Made by a program: the position numbers and the translations under genes. From assembly GCA_040751795.1 (NCBI GenBank), contig JBFMHR010000005.1:192001-256000 (forward strand): 64,000 nt of DNA, in the 5' to 3' direction. The first letter of the stretch is position 1; every line of letters starts with the position of its first letter. The DNA is from Thermoplasmatota archaeon (GTDB taxonomy: Archaea > Thermoplasmatota > Thermoplasmata > UBA10834). The notes beneath the pieces are model-generated. The model searched no databases, was not told the DNA's origin, and worked only from the letters and a program-made list of their open reading frames with translations. Shown piece by piece: positions 47,122-57,072 of this stretch.

Positions 47122-48111
47122 TCACTCGAACTTCTCGCCGCACTTGGGGCACTGGGCCGCGTCGGCCGGGACGTCCGCGCCGCACTCGGAGCAGACGAAG
47201 GTGTCCTCGGCGTCCACCCCCATCGCCTTCGAGAGGCTCGGGACCTTCGCCTCGTCCTTGGGGGTCTGCGCCTCGGCCTCCTTGCGCTTCTCCTCCCACT
47301 TCTCCAGCTGCTTCTCCCTCATCCTGCGGGCCCTCCGGGTCCACCAGATCATCCCGACGAGGATGGCGTAGATCACGAAGAACTGCATGTACGCCTGGAT
47401 TGCGGAGTAGTACAGGAGCGGCTGCATGACCTCCCAGGTGCTCGTGTAGACCGGGCCGATGGCCCAGACCTCGAGCCCCTCCTCGTACTCGGCCGCGAGG
47501 TACCAGGTGTCGTTGACCTTGGCTGAGAACACGAACTGGTTGATCGGGTCGGAGATGGTCGTGGCGAGGTAGTACTGGGCGACGGTGTCGTTGCGTGGCC
47601 CGGGCAGCATGGTCCTGTTATCGAGAGGGCCCAGCCCCAGGATGAGGACCGTCACGTTGGATATGGTCGCGTTGGCGTGGGCGTTCACGTTGAGCGTGTA
47701 GTTGAACGCGGTCATCGAGTCGCCCCGGAGCGGGGTCACCGACCCGTCGCTGAGGGTCATGGCCGCGTCGTCGCTGTAGAGGCTCACGGGCTCCACGTCG
47801 GTGTACAGCCCGAGGAAGAAGAACGCCTCGACGATGAGCATGACCGCACAGGCTATCGCGCCCGCCAGGAGCAGTATCCTGGCCCTCTTGACCCTGAAGC
47901 CCCAGAAGACCCCGAGCAGGAAGAACGGCGGCAGGATGGTCACGAGGCAGGTGTCGAGCATGTAGACGAGCAGGAGGTAGAAGGCCGCGCCGACGATGGC
48001 GGCGCCGAGCGGTATCGTCAGCTCGGGCCGCTTGACTAGCTTCTCGAAGAGGTCCTTCCCCATCTTGATGAGGTTGTGGGGGAACACCAAGGGCTGCTGG
48101 TCCTGCTCCAT
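47122..48111 (-). CDS. Membrane protein with an extracellular beta domain and a C-terminal zinc ribbon
   Basis: 3-4 TMs; many N-x-T/S sequons; FVCSECGADVPADAAQCPKCGEKFE. Confidence 0.75.
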   Translation of the reverse strand: MEQDQQPLVFPHNLIKMGKDLFEKLVKRPELTIPLGAAIVGAAFYLLLVYMLDTCLVTILPPFFLLGVFWGFRVKRARILLLAGAIACAVMLIVEAFFFLGLYTDVEPVSLYSDDAAMTLSDGSVTPLRGDSMTAFNYTLNVNAHANATISNVTVLILGLGPLDNRTMLPGPRNDTVAQYYLATTISDPINQFVFSAKVNDTWYLAAEYEEGLEVWAIGPVYTSTWEVMQPLLYYSAIQAYMQFFVIYAILVGMIWWTRRARRMREKQLEKWEEKRKEAEAQTPKDEAKVPSLSKAMGVDAEDTFVCSECGADVPADAAQCPKCGEKFE

Positions 48112-48245
48112 CTCGTGAGGCAATCCGCTCTTGCCATAAAAAGATTGGTTCGGTGCCCCGCCGGGGGGGCCGGGAAGGTGCCTCAAATACAGTTATATAG
48201 GGACACATGCGATTGACGCCCTTCCCTGGAGAGGAGGCCCCAGCG

Positions 48246-49211
48246 TTGAAGACCGCGGTCATAGCCATCGGAGGCAATGCCATCCTCCGCGCCGGCGAGG
48301 AGGCGACCCTCGAGAACCAGCTCAGGAACGCCACCGCGACAGCGAAGGCCCTGACCGACATCATACAGACGGGCAGGGACATAGTCATCACCCACGGGAA
48401 CGGCCCCCAGGTGGGCGACCTCTACCTCAGGAACGAGATCGCCAAGGACAAGGTCCAGCCCATGACCCTGGACGTCTGCGTCGCCCAGAGCCAGGGGCAG
48501 ATCGGCTACATGCTGCAGAACGCCCTGAACTCGGAGTTCGCGGCGCGGCACATGAACAAGGTCGCGGTCTCGCTCATCACGCAGGTCATAGTGTCGGAGG
48601 ACGACCCGGCCTTCAAGGAGCCGACCAAGCCCATAGGCCGCTACTACAGCGAGGAGGAGGCCCGGAAGCTGGAGCAGGAGAAGGGCTGGAAGATGGTCCT
48701 CGACAAGAAGAGGGGCGGGTACAGGAAGGTCGTCCCGTCCCCCAAGCCCATAGGCATAGTCGAGAGCAAGCCCGTAAGGCGGCTCATATTCGGCGGCAGG
48801 GACCAGGCCGAGGTCGTCATAGCCTGCGGCGGCGGGGGCATCCCGGTCGTGTTCAAGGACGACAGGTACGTGGGCGTCGAGGCCGTCGTGGACAAGGACC
48901 TCGCGGCCGCGATGCTGGGCAACAACATCAAGGAGTCCCTCTTCGTCATTGCCACCGACGTCGAGCACGTGTTCGCGGACTTCGGGAAGCCCACCCAGAG
49001 GCCGCTCAAGAAGGTCACCGAGTCGCAGATCCGGGGCTTCTTCAACGCGGGACAGTTCCCCCCCGGCAGCATGGGCCCGAAGGTCGAGGCCGCCATAAGG
49101 TTCCTCAAGGGCGGGGGCGAGGAGGTCATCATAACCTCCATAGACAAGCTCCCCGAGGCCATAGGCGGCTCCGCTGGAACACATATCTACCGGGACGATG
49201 TTAGTCCCTGA
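48246..49211 (+). CDS. arcC: Carbamate kinase
   Basis: AIGGNA; THGNGPQVG; SQGQIGY; PTKPIG; RKVVPSP; GGGGIPV; EAVVDKD; GSMGPKVEA. Confidence 0.95.
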   Translation: MKTAVIAIGGNAILRAGEEATLENQLRNATATAKALTDIIQTGRDIVITHGNGPQVGDLYLRNEIAKDKVQPMTLDVCVAQSQGQIGYMLQNALNSEFAARHMNKVAVSLITQVIVSEDDPAFKEPTKPIGRYYSEEEARKLEQEKGWKMVLDKKRGGYRKVVPSPKPIGIVESKPVRRLIFGGRDQAEVVIACGGGGIPVVFKDDRYVGVEAVVDKDLAAAMLGNNIKESLFVIATDVEHVFADFGKPTQRPLKKVTESQIRGFFNAGQFPPGSMGPKVEAAIRFLKGGGEEVIITSIDKLPEAIGGSAGTHIYRDDVSP

Positions 49212-49215
49212 GCAG

Positions 49216-50316
49216 ATGGCGACCATAGAGGAGCAGATCAAGGCGATCGAGGACGAGATCGCCAAGACCCAGTACAACAAGAAGACCCAGCACCACATCG
49301 GCAAGCTGAAGGCCAAGATGGCCCGGCTCAAGGACGAGATGGAGGTCAGGCGGTCCAAGGGGCCTAAGACCGCCGGGTACGCCGTGAGGAAGTCCGGCCA
49401 CGGCACGGTCGCGCTCGTCGGCTTCCCCAGCGTGGGCAAGTCGACCCTCCTCAACAAGATCACCAACGCGCAGAGCGAGGTCGCCGCCTACCAGTTCACC
49501 ACCCTCACCTGCGTCCCCGGGCTCATGGAGTACCGCGGGGCGAAGATACAGGTGCTCGACCTGCCAGGGCTGATCAAGGACGCGTCGAAGGGCAAGGGGC
49601 GCGGGAGGGAGGTGCTCTCCGTGGTGCGTTCGGCGGACCTCATCCTCCTCATGATCGACGTCTTCGAGACCAACGTCCAGGTCCTCGTCGACGAGCTCTG
49701 GACGGCGAACATGAGGCTGAACCAGCGCCCGCCCGACATCGTCATATCCAAGAAGAACCGGGGCGGCGTGCTCGTGAACTTCACCACCCCGCAGTCCACC
49801 GTCGACGAGGAGCTGGTAGTCGACATGATGAACGAGTACGGCTACATCAACGCGGACATCGTCATCAGGGAGGACATAGTCGAGGACCAGCTCATAGACT
49901 ACATCTCGGGCAACAGGCACTACGTCCCGGCGGTCGTGGCCGTGAACAAGACCGACCTGGTCAACAAGGAGTACATCGCGCATCTGAGGAGGAAGCTGAA
50001 GGGGTGGAAGCTCGTGCCGATCTCCGCGGAGAGGGGCATAGGCGTCGAGGAGCTGAAGGAGGAGATATACGTCGCCCTCCGGTTCATCCGCATCTACCTG
50101 AAGCCCCAGGGGAAGGAGGCCGACATGGCCGAGCCGCTGGTCATCAAGGACGGCTCGGACATAGGCGTCATATGCGACACGATACACAGGGACTTCAGGA
50201 GGAACTTCAGGTACGCGCAGGTCTGGGGGAAGAGCGCGAGGTTCCCCGGACAGATCGTGGGCCTGGAGCACAAGGTCTCGGACCAGGACGTCGTGACGAT
50301 AATAGTGAAGCGGTGA
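49216..50316 (+). CDS. drg: DRG/Rbg1-family OBG GTPase with TGS domain
   Basis: TQYNK.T..HIG.LKAK; GFPSVGKS; FTTL; DLPG; NKTD; WGKSA.FPGQ.VG. Confidence 0.95.
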   Translation: MATIEEQIKAIEDEIAKTQYNKKTQHHIGKLKAKMARLKDEMEVRRSKGPKTAGYAVRKSGHGTVALVGFPSVGKSTLLNKITNAQSEVAAYQFTTLTCVPGLMEYRGAKIQVLDLPGLIKDASKGKGRGREVLSVVRSADLILLMIDVFETNVQVLVDELWTANMRLNQRPPDIVISKKNRGGVLVNFTTPQSTVDEELVVDMMNEYGYINADIVIREDIVEDQLIDYISGNRHYVPAVVAVNKTDLVNKEYIAHLRRKLKGWKLVPISAERGIGVEELKEEIYVALRFIRIYLKPQGKEADMAEPLVIKDGSDIGVICDTIHRDFRRNFRYAQVWGKSARFPGQIVGLEHKVSDQDVVTIIVKR

Positions 50317-50384
50317 GCGGGTCTCTCAGAAATCGTGCAAGTTGTTTGAAGGAAAGGGTTTGTGGCGAGCGATGAAGAGGGACA

Positions 50385-50606
50385 TTACTCCTTCTTCATC
50401 AGCTTCATGAAGCCGCCGCCCTCGTGGATCTCGAGGTTCTTGTCCCTCAGTATGGACTCGAACTCGGGCCAGTCGATCACGTCGACACGGGGGCTGCCTC
50501 CCCTCGTGAACTCGATCTCGGTCGTTCCTCTGACCTTCCCTGGCCTCAAGCTCTTCTCGGCGGCGATCTCCTTTGCCCTGTCGAGAGATATTGGCTTCAT
50601 CGGCAT
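50385..50606 (-). CDS. Small hypothetical protein (73 aa)
   Basis: ATG after GGAGGG; own TATA-like TTTATATG; globular-looking sequence. Confidence 0.65.
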   Translation of the reverse strand: MPMKPISLDRAKEIAAEKSLRPGKVRGTTEIEFTRGGSPRVDVIDWPEFESILRDKNLEIHEGGGFMKLMKKE

Positions 50607-50740
50607 GGTGCATCCCTCCGTCTTGTATGTCGGACCCTTCCGACCGTCCTTCGAATAGCCGTCTGACATATAAATGACTTTCGCTGGCTAGTACAATCTT
50701 CGATGCTGGCTCTATGTCGGACGCTCGCTGGCGCGCGCGG

Positions 50741-52066
50741 TCAGAAGAGGACGAGGAGCATCAGGGTGGACACGAAGAGGGTGGCCATGGCTACCGGGAA
50801 GCCCACGAACGTGAACTTCCAGAAGTCCACCTCCACGCCCATCCCCTCCGCCTTCTCCGCGACTATCACGTTCGCCGCCGCCCCGAGGATCGTGGCGTTG
50901 CCCGCGAGCGTCGAGCTCGAGGCGAGGGCTATCCAGAGGTCCGTCTCGGACACGGGGATGAGCTCGCTGAGCAGCATCACCGCCGGCACGTTGCTCACTA
51001 GGTTCGATAGGAGCGCCGAGAGTGCCGCGAGCCACTCCACCTTCGGGACGCCCCCGTCCTCGAACCCGGGGAAGAAGTCCTTGATCTGCGTGAGCAGCCC
51101 CGAGTCCCGGACGCCCTGCAGGACGATGAACAGCCCCACGAAGAAGAGGATGATGGACCAGTCCACCCCGCCGAGCATGTCCTTCGCCTTGACCCTGGAC
51201 ACCATCGGCACGACGAAGAGGGCGGCCACGCCGCCGATGAAGGCAACCATGGCGATGGGCGCGTCGATGACGTGGCTCGCGACGAACGCGACGAAGGTCC
51301 CGGCCGTGATTAGCAGGAGGGCGTAGAGCCCGAACCTGTGCTCCCTCATCTTCCTGAGGCCCGACTCGGCGAGCACGTCCCCCTTCACGATCTCCTCCTG
51401 GAACATCGCCCAGCCGTCGCTCAGGATCTTCCTCCTGAACTCCTGGGCGCTGCCCCTGTTGATCTCCTTCCTGTAGATGATGTACAGTATCGCGATCGCG
51501 ACGAGCATGCACACGGCCGCCACGGGCACGAGCCTCGCAGAGAAGTCGACGAACGATATCCCGGCCTTGGTGGCGATGTACGCGTTCTGGGGGTTGCCCA
51601 CGGCCGTCGCCACGCTCCCTATGTTGGCGGCCATCGCCTCGGCGACCAGGAACGGGACCGGGTTGGACTTGAGGAGCCTGCAGGTCCTGATTATGATGGG
51701 GGTGAAGAGCAGGACGACGGTGTCGTTGAGCACCAGCGCCGAGAGGACGCCCGTCACGACCATCGTGAGCACGAGGAACGTGAACTGGTCCTTCGAGTAC
51801 CTGATCATCCTGAGCGATATCCACTCGAAGAAGCCGCAGAGCTCCAGCCCCGCGACGAGGATCATCATCCCGACGAGCAGCAGCACTATGTCGAGGTTGA
51901 TCGCGGATATCGCGTCGGATGGCGCCACGACCCCGAGGACGACCATGAGGGCGGCGCCGATGAGGGCGGCCGCGGGCCTGTCAACGCGGACCCTGGGGAA
52001 CCTGCGTATGGAGATCAGCGCGTAGGTCGCGAGGAACACCGCGAGGGCTACCCAGAGCACATCCAT
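50741..52066 (-). CDS. ArsB/NhaD/CitMHS-type anion transporter
   Basis: DRP.AAL.GA; SAL.LND; ANIGS.AT.VGNPQN; SNLVSNVPAV; STLAGN.T.LG..AN. Confidence 0.88.
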   Translation of the reverse strand: MDVLWVALAVFLATYALISIRRFPRVRVDRPAAALIGAALMVVLGVVAPSDAISAINLDIVLLLVGMMILVAGLELCGFFEWISLRMIRYSKDQFTFLVLTMVVTGVLSALVLNDTVVLLFTPIIIRTCRLLKSNPVPFLVAEAMAANIGSVATAVGNPQNAYIATKAGISFVDFSARLVPVAAVCMLVAIAILYIIYRKEINRGSAQEFRRKILSDGWAMFQEEIVKGDVLAESGLRKMREHRFGLYALLLITAGTFVAFVASHVIDAPIAMVAFIGGVAALFVVPMVSRVKAKDMLGGVDWSIILFFVGLFIVLQGVRDSGLLTQIKDFFPGFEDGGVPKVEWLAALSALLSNLVSNVPAVMLLSELIPVSETDLWIALASSSTLAGNATILGAAANVIVAEKAEGMGVEVDFWKFTFVGFPVAMATLFVSTLMLLVLF

Positions 52067-52161
52067 CCGTGAGTGCAACCACGATGGTGGATATCAATCC
52101 TGCCATGCCCTCCAGGCCGTCCCCAAAAGGATTAAACGCAGGGAATGGCTATCGCGCAGCC

Positions 52162-53418
52162 ATGATTCAGCGCCCCCGCGGGACAAGGGACTTCGGCCCC
52201 CAGGAGATGGCCGGGCGCAGGGCGGTCGAGCAGGCCATGCGCGATGTCTGCCTCCGGGCGGGGTTCGGCGAGGTGGTCACCCCGACCTTCGAGCACTCGG
52301 AGCTCTTCACCCTCAGGTCCGGGCAGGCCGTCATAGACGAGATGTACGTCTTCAGGGACAAGGGCGACAGGGAGATGGCCCTGAGGCCGGAGATCACCGC
52401 GTCGGTCATCAGGTTCTACGTCAACGAGCTCTCCAACACCCCCAAGCCGCTGAAGCTGTACTACGTGGGCAACTGCTTCAGGTACGAGAACCCCCAGAGC
52501 GGCAGGTTCAGGGAGTTCTTCCAGCTCGGTGCGGAGCTCATCGGCTCCAAGAACGCCGAGACGGACGCCGAGGCCATCGCGCTAGCCGTCAACTGCGTAC
52601 GCGCCTCGGGCCTCAAGGACTTCAAGGTCCGCGTCGGGCACATCGGGATACTCAAGTCCCTCGTGCAGGAGGAGGTCCAGGACAAGAAGGCGGCCGCCGA
52701 CATCCTGAGGATGCTGGACAAGGAGGACTTCGACGCCATGGGCGACATGTTCGACGCGAGGGCCCTCCCGAGGAGCCTCTTCGAGAGGATCACGGCCATC
52801 GCGGAGATGAAGGGCCCCGTGGGCGTCCTTGACTCGCTCGGCGACTCCGGGGCAGCGAGGCACCTCAGGGAGGTCTTCGGCACCCTCCACCTCTTCGGCG
52901 TCGAGGGCTGCGAGGTTGACCTCGGGATAGTGCGCGGGCTCGACTACTACACCGGCATGGTGTTCGAGATCGACGCCCCCGCCCTCGGTGCGGAGAAGCA
53001 GATCATGGGCGGCGGCTCCTACACGCTCTCGGAGCTCTTCGGCGGCGAGCCCGTCTTCAGCACGGGCTTCGCGATCGGAATCGACAGGGTGATGCTGGCC
53101 CTCGCGGCCGAGGGCGGAGGGAAGGCCCCGGTCCAGCTCGACGCGTACGTGATCCCGACCAAGGACGAGATGAGGGACGACGCCTTCAGGATAGTCGCGG
53201 GGCTTAGGTCCGCGGGACTGAGGGCGGACGTCGACCTGATGCGCCGGAACATGAGCAAGAACCTGAAGTACGCATCATCGGCCGGCGCCAGGTTCGCGGT
53301 CATCGTGGGCAGCAAGGAGATGGCCGACGGCTCCGTCACGCTCAGGGACATGGGGACCGGCGGGCAGAGGGTGGTCCCGGTGAAGGACCTGGCCGACGCC
53401 ATATCGGGGAAGGGCTGA
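52162..53418 (+). CDS. hisS: Histidyl-tRNA synthetase
   Basis: RPRGTRDF; LRPEITAS; FRYE.PQ.GR.REF.Q.G.E; VRGLDYYTG; anticodon-binding domain. Confidence 0.97.
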   Translation: MIQRPRGTRDFGPQEMAGRRAVEQAMRDVCLRAGFGEVVTPTFEHSELFTLRSGQAVIDEMYVFRDKGDREMALRPEITASVIRFYVNELSNTPKPLKLYYVGNCFRYENPQSGRFREFFQLGAELIGSKNAETDAEAIALAVNCVRASGLKDFKVRVGHIGILKSLVQEEVQDKKAAADILRMLDKEDFDAMGDMFDARALPRSLFERITAIAEMKGPVGVLDSLGDSGAARHLREVFGTLHLFGVEGCEVDLGIVRGLDYYTGMVFEIDAPALGAEKQIMGGGSYTLSELFGGEPVFSTGFAIGIDRVMLALAAEGGGKAPVQLDAYVIPTKDEMRDDAFRIVAGLRSAGLRADVDLMRRNMSKNLKYASSAGARFAVIVGSKEMADGSVTLRDMGTGGQRVVPVKDLADAISGKG

Positions 53419-53429
53419 GGCCCGGGACG

Positions 53430-54224
53430 GTGGTCGTGACGGAGGTACGCGACCTTGACCCCGAGCGACAACCGGCGTTCTTCAAGTGCCTCGAGGAGTG
53501 GTCCCCCGACATGGCGGACGTGGGCGACCGGAGGGAGGTCTGGTTCGAGAGGATGTCGAAGATGGGCCTCCGGGCCAAGATCGCCTTCGACGACAAGGGG
53601 GTCCCGGGCGGCATGATCCAGTACCTGCCCATCGAGCACTCGCAGGCGGAGGGGGAGGGGCTCCACTTCGTCCTCTGCATCTGGGTGCACGGGCACAAGC
53701 AGGGGAGGGGCGACTTCCAGGGGAGGGGCATGGGCTCGGCGCTGCTCAGGGCCGCGGAGGACGACGCGCGCTCCATCGGCTCCAAGGGCATGGTCGCCTG
53801 GGGCCTGTCGATGCCCTTCTGGATGAAGGCATCGTGGTTCAGGAAGCACGGCTACAAGAAGGTCGACAAGGACGGGATGAGCGTCCTCATGTGGAAGCCG
53901 TTCTCCGACGACGCCCGCCCGCCCAGATGGGTCCGGGTCAGGAAGCGCCCTTCGAGGCATGAGGGTGTCGTCACCGTCACGTCGTTCAACAGCGGGTGGT
54001 GCTCCGCCGGCAACATGGTGCACGAGCGGGCGAAGAGGGCCTCGTCCATGTTGGGCGAAAGGGTCCGCTTCGAGTTCGTCGACACCATGGACAGGGCGAC
54101 GATGCTGGAGTGGGGCATCAGCGACGCCCTCTTCATCGACGGGAAGCAGGTGCGCACGGGCCCGCCGCCCTCGTTCGACAAGATCAGGGGCGCCATAGAG
54201 CGCCGCGTCAGGAAGCTGGAATAA
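53430..54224 (+). CDS. GNAT acetyltransferase with a C-terminal thioredoxin-like (YoaP-like) domain
   Basis: GMIQYLP; CIWV; QGRGMGSALL; WFRKHGY; tail SGWC...LFIDG. Confidence 0.8.
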   Translation: MVVTEVRDLDPERQPAFFKCLEEWSPDMADVGDRREVWFERMSKMGLRAKIAFDDKGVPGGMIQYLPIEHSQAEGEGLHFVLCIWVHGHKQGRGDFQGRGMGSALLRAAEDDARSIGSKGMVAWGLSMPFWMKASWFRKHGYKKVDKDGMSVLMWKPFSDDARPPRWVRVRKRPSRHEGVVTVTSFNSGWCSAGNMVHERAKRASSMLGERVRFEFVDTMDRATMLEWGISDALFIDGKQVRTGPPPSFDKIRGAIERRVRKLE

Positions 54225-54259
54225 AAGAGAAGGTGCCATCCGGGTCAGCCCCGGATGGT
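54225..54259 (-). terminator. Hairpin plus U-rich tract terminating gdhA, between convergent genes
   Basis: GCCATCCGGG/CCCGGATGGT stem; the minus strand continues ACCTTCTCTTTT. Confidence 0.6.
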
Positions 54260-54278
54260 CTGAGTTTGAGAGTGGTTT

Positions 54279-55532
54279 CTACGGGTAGAAGCCCCGGAGC
54301 TTCGTGGCGTCGGCGACCCTCTTCACTGCGACGAGGTACGCCGCGTCCCTCATGTTGCACTTGTGCTTCTCCTTCATGTCCCACACTTCGTGGAACGCCT
54401 TGGTGATCTTCTGGTCGAGGCGATCGTTGACCTCTTCCTCGGTCCAGTAGTAGTTGTAGTTGTTCTGGACCCACTCGAAGTAGCTCACCGTGACACCGCC
54501 CGCGTTGGCGAGGATGTCGGGCAGGACGAGCACGCCGTTCTTGTACAGGATCGCGTCGGCCTCGAAGGTGGTCGGGCCGTTCGCGCCCTCACCGGAGATC
54601 GTGGCCTTGATCTTGCCAGCGTTGTCCTTCGTTATGACGTTCTCCAAGGCGCAGGGCAGCAGCACGTCGACCTTGAGCTCCAGTATGGCCTCGTTCGTGA
54701 TCGGCTTCGTCCCGGGGAATCCCTTGACGCTGCCGGTCTTCTTCTTGTGGGCCATGACCTCGTCGTACTTGAGGCCCTTCTCGTTGATGATCCCGCCCTG
54801 GGAGTCGCTCACCGCGATGACCTTGGAGCCGAAGTCGCGCTCGATCAGCATATGGGCGAACGCACCGACGTTGCCGTACCCCTGGATGGCCACGGTCGCG
54901 CCCTTCAGGTTCATCCCGATCTTCTTCGCCGCCTCGCGGACGCAGAAGACGAGGCCCCTCGAGGTCGCCTCGGGCCTGCCCAGCGAGCCGCCGATCTCCC
55001 TCGGCTTGCCCGTGATGACGCCCGGCACCGCGTAGCCCTTCATCATGCTGTAGGTGTCCATGATCCAGGCCATCTCGCGGCCGCCCGTGTTGACGTCGGG
55101 CGCGGGGATGTCCTTCTCAGGGCCTATGATGATGGATATCTCGGAGGCGTACCTCCTCGTCATCCTCTCGACCTCGCCCGCGGACATGGTCTTCGGGTTG
55201 GCGATGATGCCTCCCTTCGCACCTCCGTACGGGATGTCGACAGTCGCAGTCTTCCAGGTCATCCACGAAGCCAGCGCCCTGACCTCGTCGATGTCCACCT
55301 GCGGGTGGTACCTGATGCCGCCCTTGTAGGGGCCGCGGGCCTCGTTGTGCTGGACCCTGTACCCGGTGAACACCTTGACCTTCCCGTCGTCCATCTTGAC
55401 CGGGAAGTTCACGGACAGCTCCCTCTTCGGGGACTTCAGAACCTCGACCAGGCCCGGCTCGAGCCCGAGGGTCTTGCCGGCCTTGTCGACCATCTTCCTC
55501 ATTTCCTCAAACGGATTCGCCTTGCCTGCCAT
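54279..55532 (-). CDS. gdhA: Glutamate dehydrogenase
   Basis: GPYKGGIRYHP; MTWK; GGAKGG; DIPAPD; GSLGR.EAT; QGYGNVG; EGANGP; NAGGV.VSYFEW. Confidence 0.97.
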   Translation of the reverse strand: MAGKANPFEEMRKMVDKAGKTLGLEPGLVEVLKSPKRELSVNFPVKMDDGKVKVFTGYRVQHNEARGPYKGGIRYHPQVDIDEVRALASWMTWKTATVDIPYGGAKGGIIANPKTMSAGEVERMTRRYASEISIIIGPEKDIPAPDVNTGGREMAWIMDTYSMMKGYAVPGVITGKPREIGGSLGRPEATSRGLVFCVREAAKKIGMNLKGATVAIQGYGNVGAFAHMLIERDFGSKVIAVSDSQGGIINEKGLKYDEVMAHKKKTGSVKGFPGTKPITNEAILELKVDVLLPCALENVITKDNAGKIKATISGEGANGPTTFEADAILYKNGVLVLPDILANAGGVTVSYFEWVQNNYNYYWTEEEVNDRLDQKITKAFHEVWDMKEKHKCNMRDAAYLVAVKRVADATKLRGFYP

Positions 55533-55808
55533 TCTAACACCATTGGCCTCTCAGCCCGCTATCGAAGGCTGCTTGCGGCCTGAGCACTAGAAGCGCATGT
55601 TTGCGCCCGATTTAAATCTATCCCCTGTACTCCCGTTGCCCTCTGGACAGGTTGCTACTATTGCCGGGTCCTTCCGCCCGTTCCTTCGAAAAAGACGCCC
55701 TCGCTTCGGAAGGAACATATACCGTGGAGGGGGGTCTTTCGAAAACCGCTGAGGCGGGGTTTCCCGCCTCGACACGCCCGTACGATATTCGCGAGCCCGG
55801 GGCGGCTA

Positions 55809-56345
55809 TCACCGGCGCAGGTCGAATCCGATCAGCACCGTCGCCAGCTTGGGGTCGTCGTCGAGGCCCGCGCTGCGCCTGATGTGCAGGTCGCCCATGG
55901 TCGACGGGCTCGATGAGACCACCCTGGCTGTGAAGGGCAGGGCCTCGACCTCCGCGAACGGCACGGGCGGCAGGACGAACCTCGCGTTCCTCCCGGACCT
56001 TCCGTCGTGGAACATCACGAAGTCCTTCCCGAGGTAGAGGGTCTTGACCCCCGGCCTCTCCTCGACCTTGTCCCCGGGGAGCAGCTCCCGCCCTATGACG
56101 GCGCCGTCCTCGTCTATGAGCATGACCGTGGCGTGCGGCGGCGGCCTGAAGGAGGCGTCCTTCACTATGCACGCGACCCTGTCGCGCGTGAGGCACTCGA
56201 GGACCCCCTCGTTCCTCACGACCAGCGGGCCGAAGGCGCGCACCTCCGACTCCATCTCCCTGAGCTCGGAGCGCATCGTGTCGCTGATGTAGAACGACCT
56301 CCTGACCCCCTTCAGCGACTCCAGCAGACCAAGTACCTCGTCCAG
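55809..56345 (-). CDS. Hypothetical protein; probable CTG start extends the ORF-track call by 23 aa
   Basis: Open frame (M)DEVLGLLESLKGVRRSFYISDT before MRSE; G-rich SD before the CTG; F.PPP..TV motif. Confidence 0.65.
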   Translation of the reverse strand: MDEVLGLLESLKGVRRSFYISDTMRSELREMESEVRAFGPLVVRNEGVLECLTRDRVACIVKDASFRPPPHATVMLIDEDGAVIGRELLPGDKVEERPGVKTLYLGKDFVMFHDGRSGRNARFVLPPVPFAEVEALPFTARVVSSSPSTMGDLHIRRSAGLDDDPKLATVLIGFDLRR

Positions 56346-56381
56346 ACTGAACCCCCCCGCTAGCGCCCCGGAACCCCGGGC

Positions 56382-57050
56382 TCACCTCGGCTGGACCGGG
56401 CCTATCCGGTGCGTCGCGTGCAGCACGTGCGCCACGAGGATGTCCTCGGGGACCGCGCCGCCGACCTCGAAGGTGTCGTTGATGACCGTCTTGGGCACGC
56501 CGGACAGGTGGTGCTTCTGCGCCAGGTGGACGAACTCGTTCGCCTCCACCATGTCCGCCCAGACCATGTCCGACTCGACCGCGAGCTTGTGCGCCAGCCT
56601 CACGGACGAGGGGCAGTAGGGGCACGTCGGGGTGACGAACACCTGCAGGTGCACCGGCTGGTCCAGCTCCCTGAGAGCGTCCTTGCTCCTCTGGGAGAGG
56701 CCGCTCTCGCCCCTCGAGACGTCGAGTATGGCCCCCACGAGGGAGTGGAACTCGTACCCCGAGGGCATCCCGTAGAACCTGATGCCGTAGTCCTTCCTGC
56801 CGACGATGGCGGTGGCGGGTATCTTGTCGACCCGCAGCTCCGTCGCCTTCATCTGGTCCCGGACGAAGTCGTAGACCTCGACCTTGATCTTCGGGGAGAC
56901 CTCGCCGAGCTCCCTGGCCACCTGGACAGTCTCGCTGCAGAACACGCACGGCACGTCCTGCGTGAACACTATGACCCTGACATCGTCCACCATCTTCTGG
57001 GAGAACTCCTTCCTCAGCGCCTCCCTCTCCTTGTCATTCAACAGCGGCAT
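56382..57050 (-). CDS. Protein disulfide oxidoreductase (PDO; AhpF N-terminal-like, two thioredoxin folds)
   Basis: CVFC and FVTPTCPYCP motifs; IRFYG.PSGYEF; GVPK. Confidence 0.92.
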   Translation of the reverse strand: MPLLNDKEREALRKEFSQKMVDDVRVIVFTQDVPCVFCSETVQVARELGEVSPKIKVEVYDFVRDQMKATELRVDKIPATAIVGRKDYGIRFYGMPSGYEFHSLVGAILDVSRGESGLSQRSKDALRELDQPVHLQVFVTPTCPYCPSSVRLAHKLAVESDMVWADMVEANEFVHLAQKHHLSGVPKTVINDTFEVGGAVPEDILVAHVLHATHRIGPVQPR

Positions 57051-57072
57051 TTCCACCACACCTCTATTCGCG

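Noticed and set aside
55681-55770. Overlapping inverted repeats upstream of the gdhA promoter as a riboswitch
   Set aside because: They lie upstream of the likely gdhA TATA box (TTTAAAT, ~55611) and are more simply the 3' end structure of the preceding operon
56345-56384. The PDO stop (TGA) is in frame with the downstream gene, suggesting selenocysteine or readthrough fusion
   Set aside because: The TGA is not in a redox motif, no convincing archaeal SECIS was seen, the downstream gene has its own SD and CTG, and in-frame placement has a 1-in-3 chance
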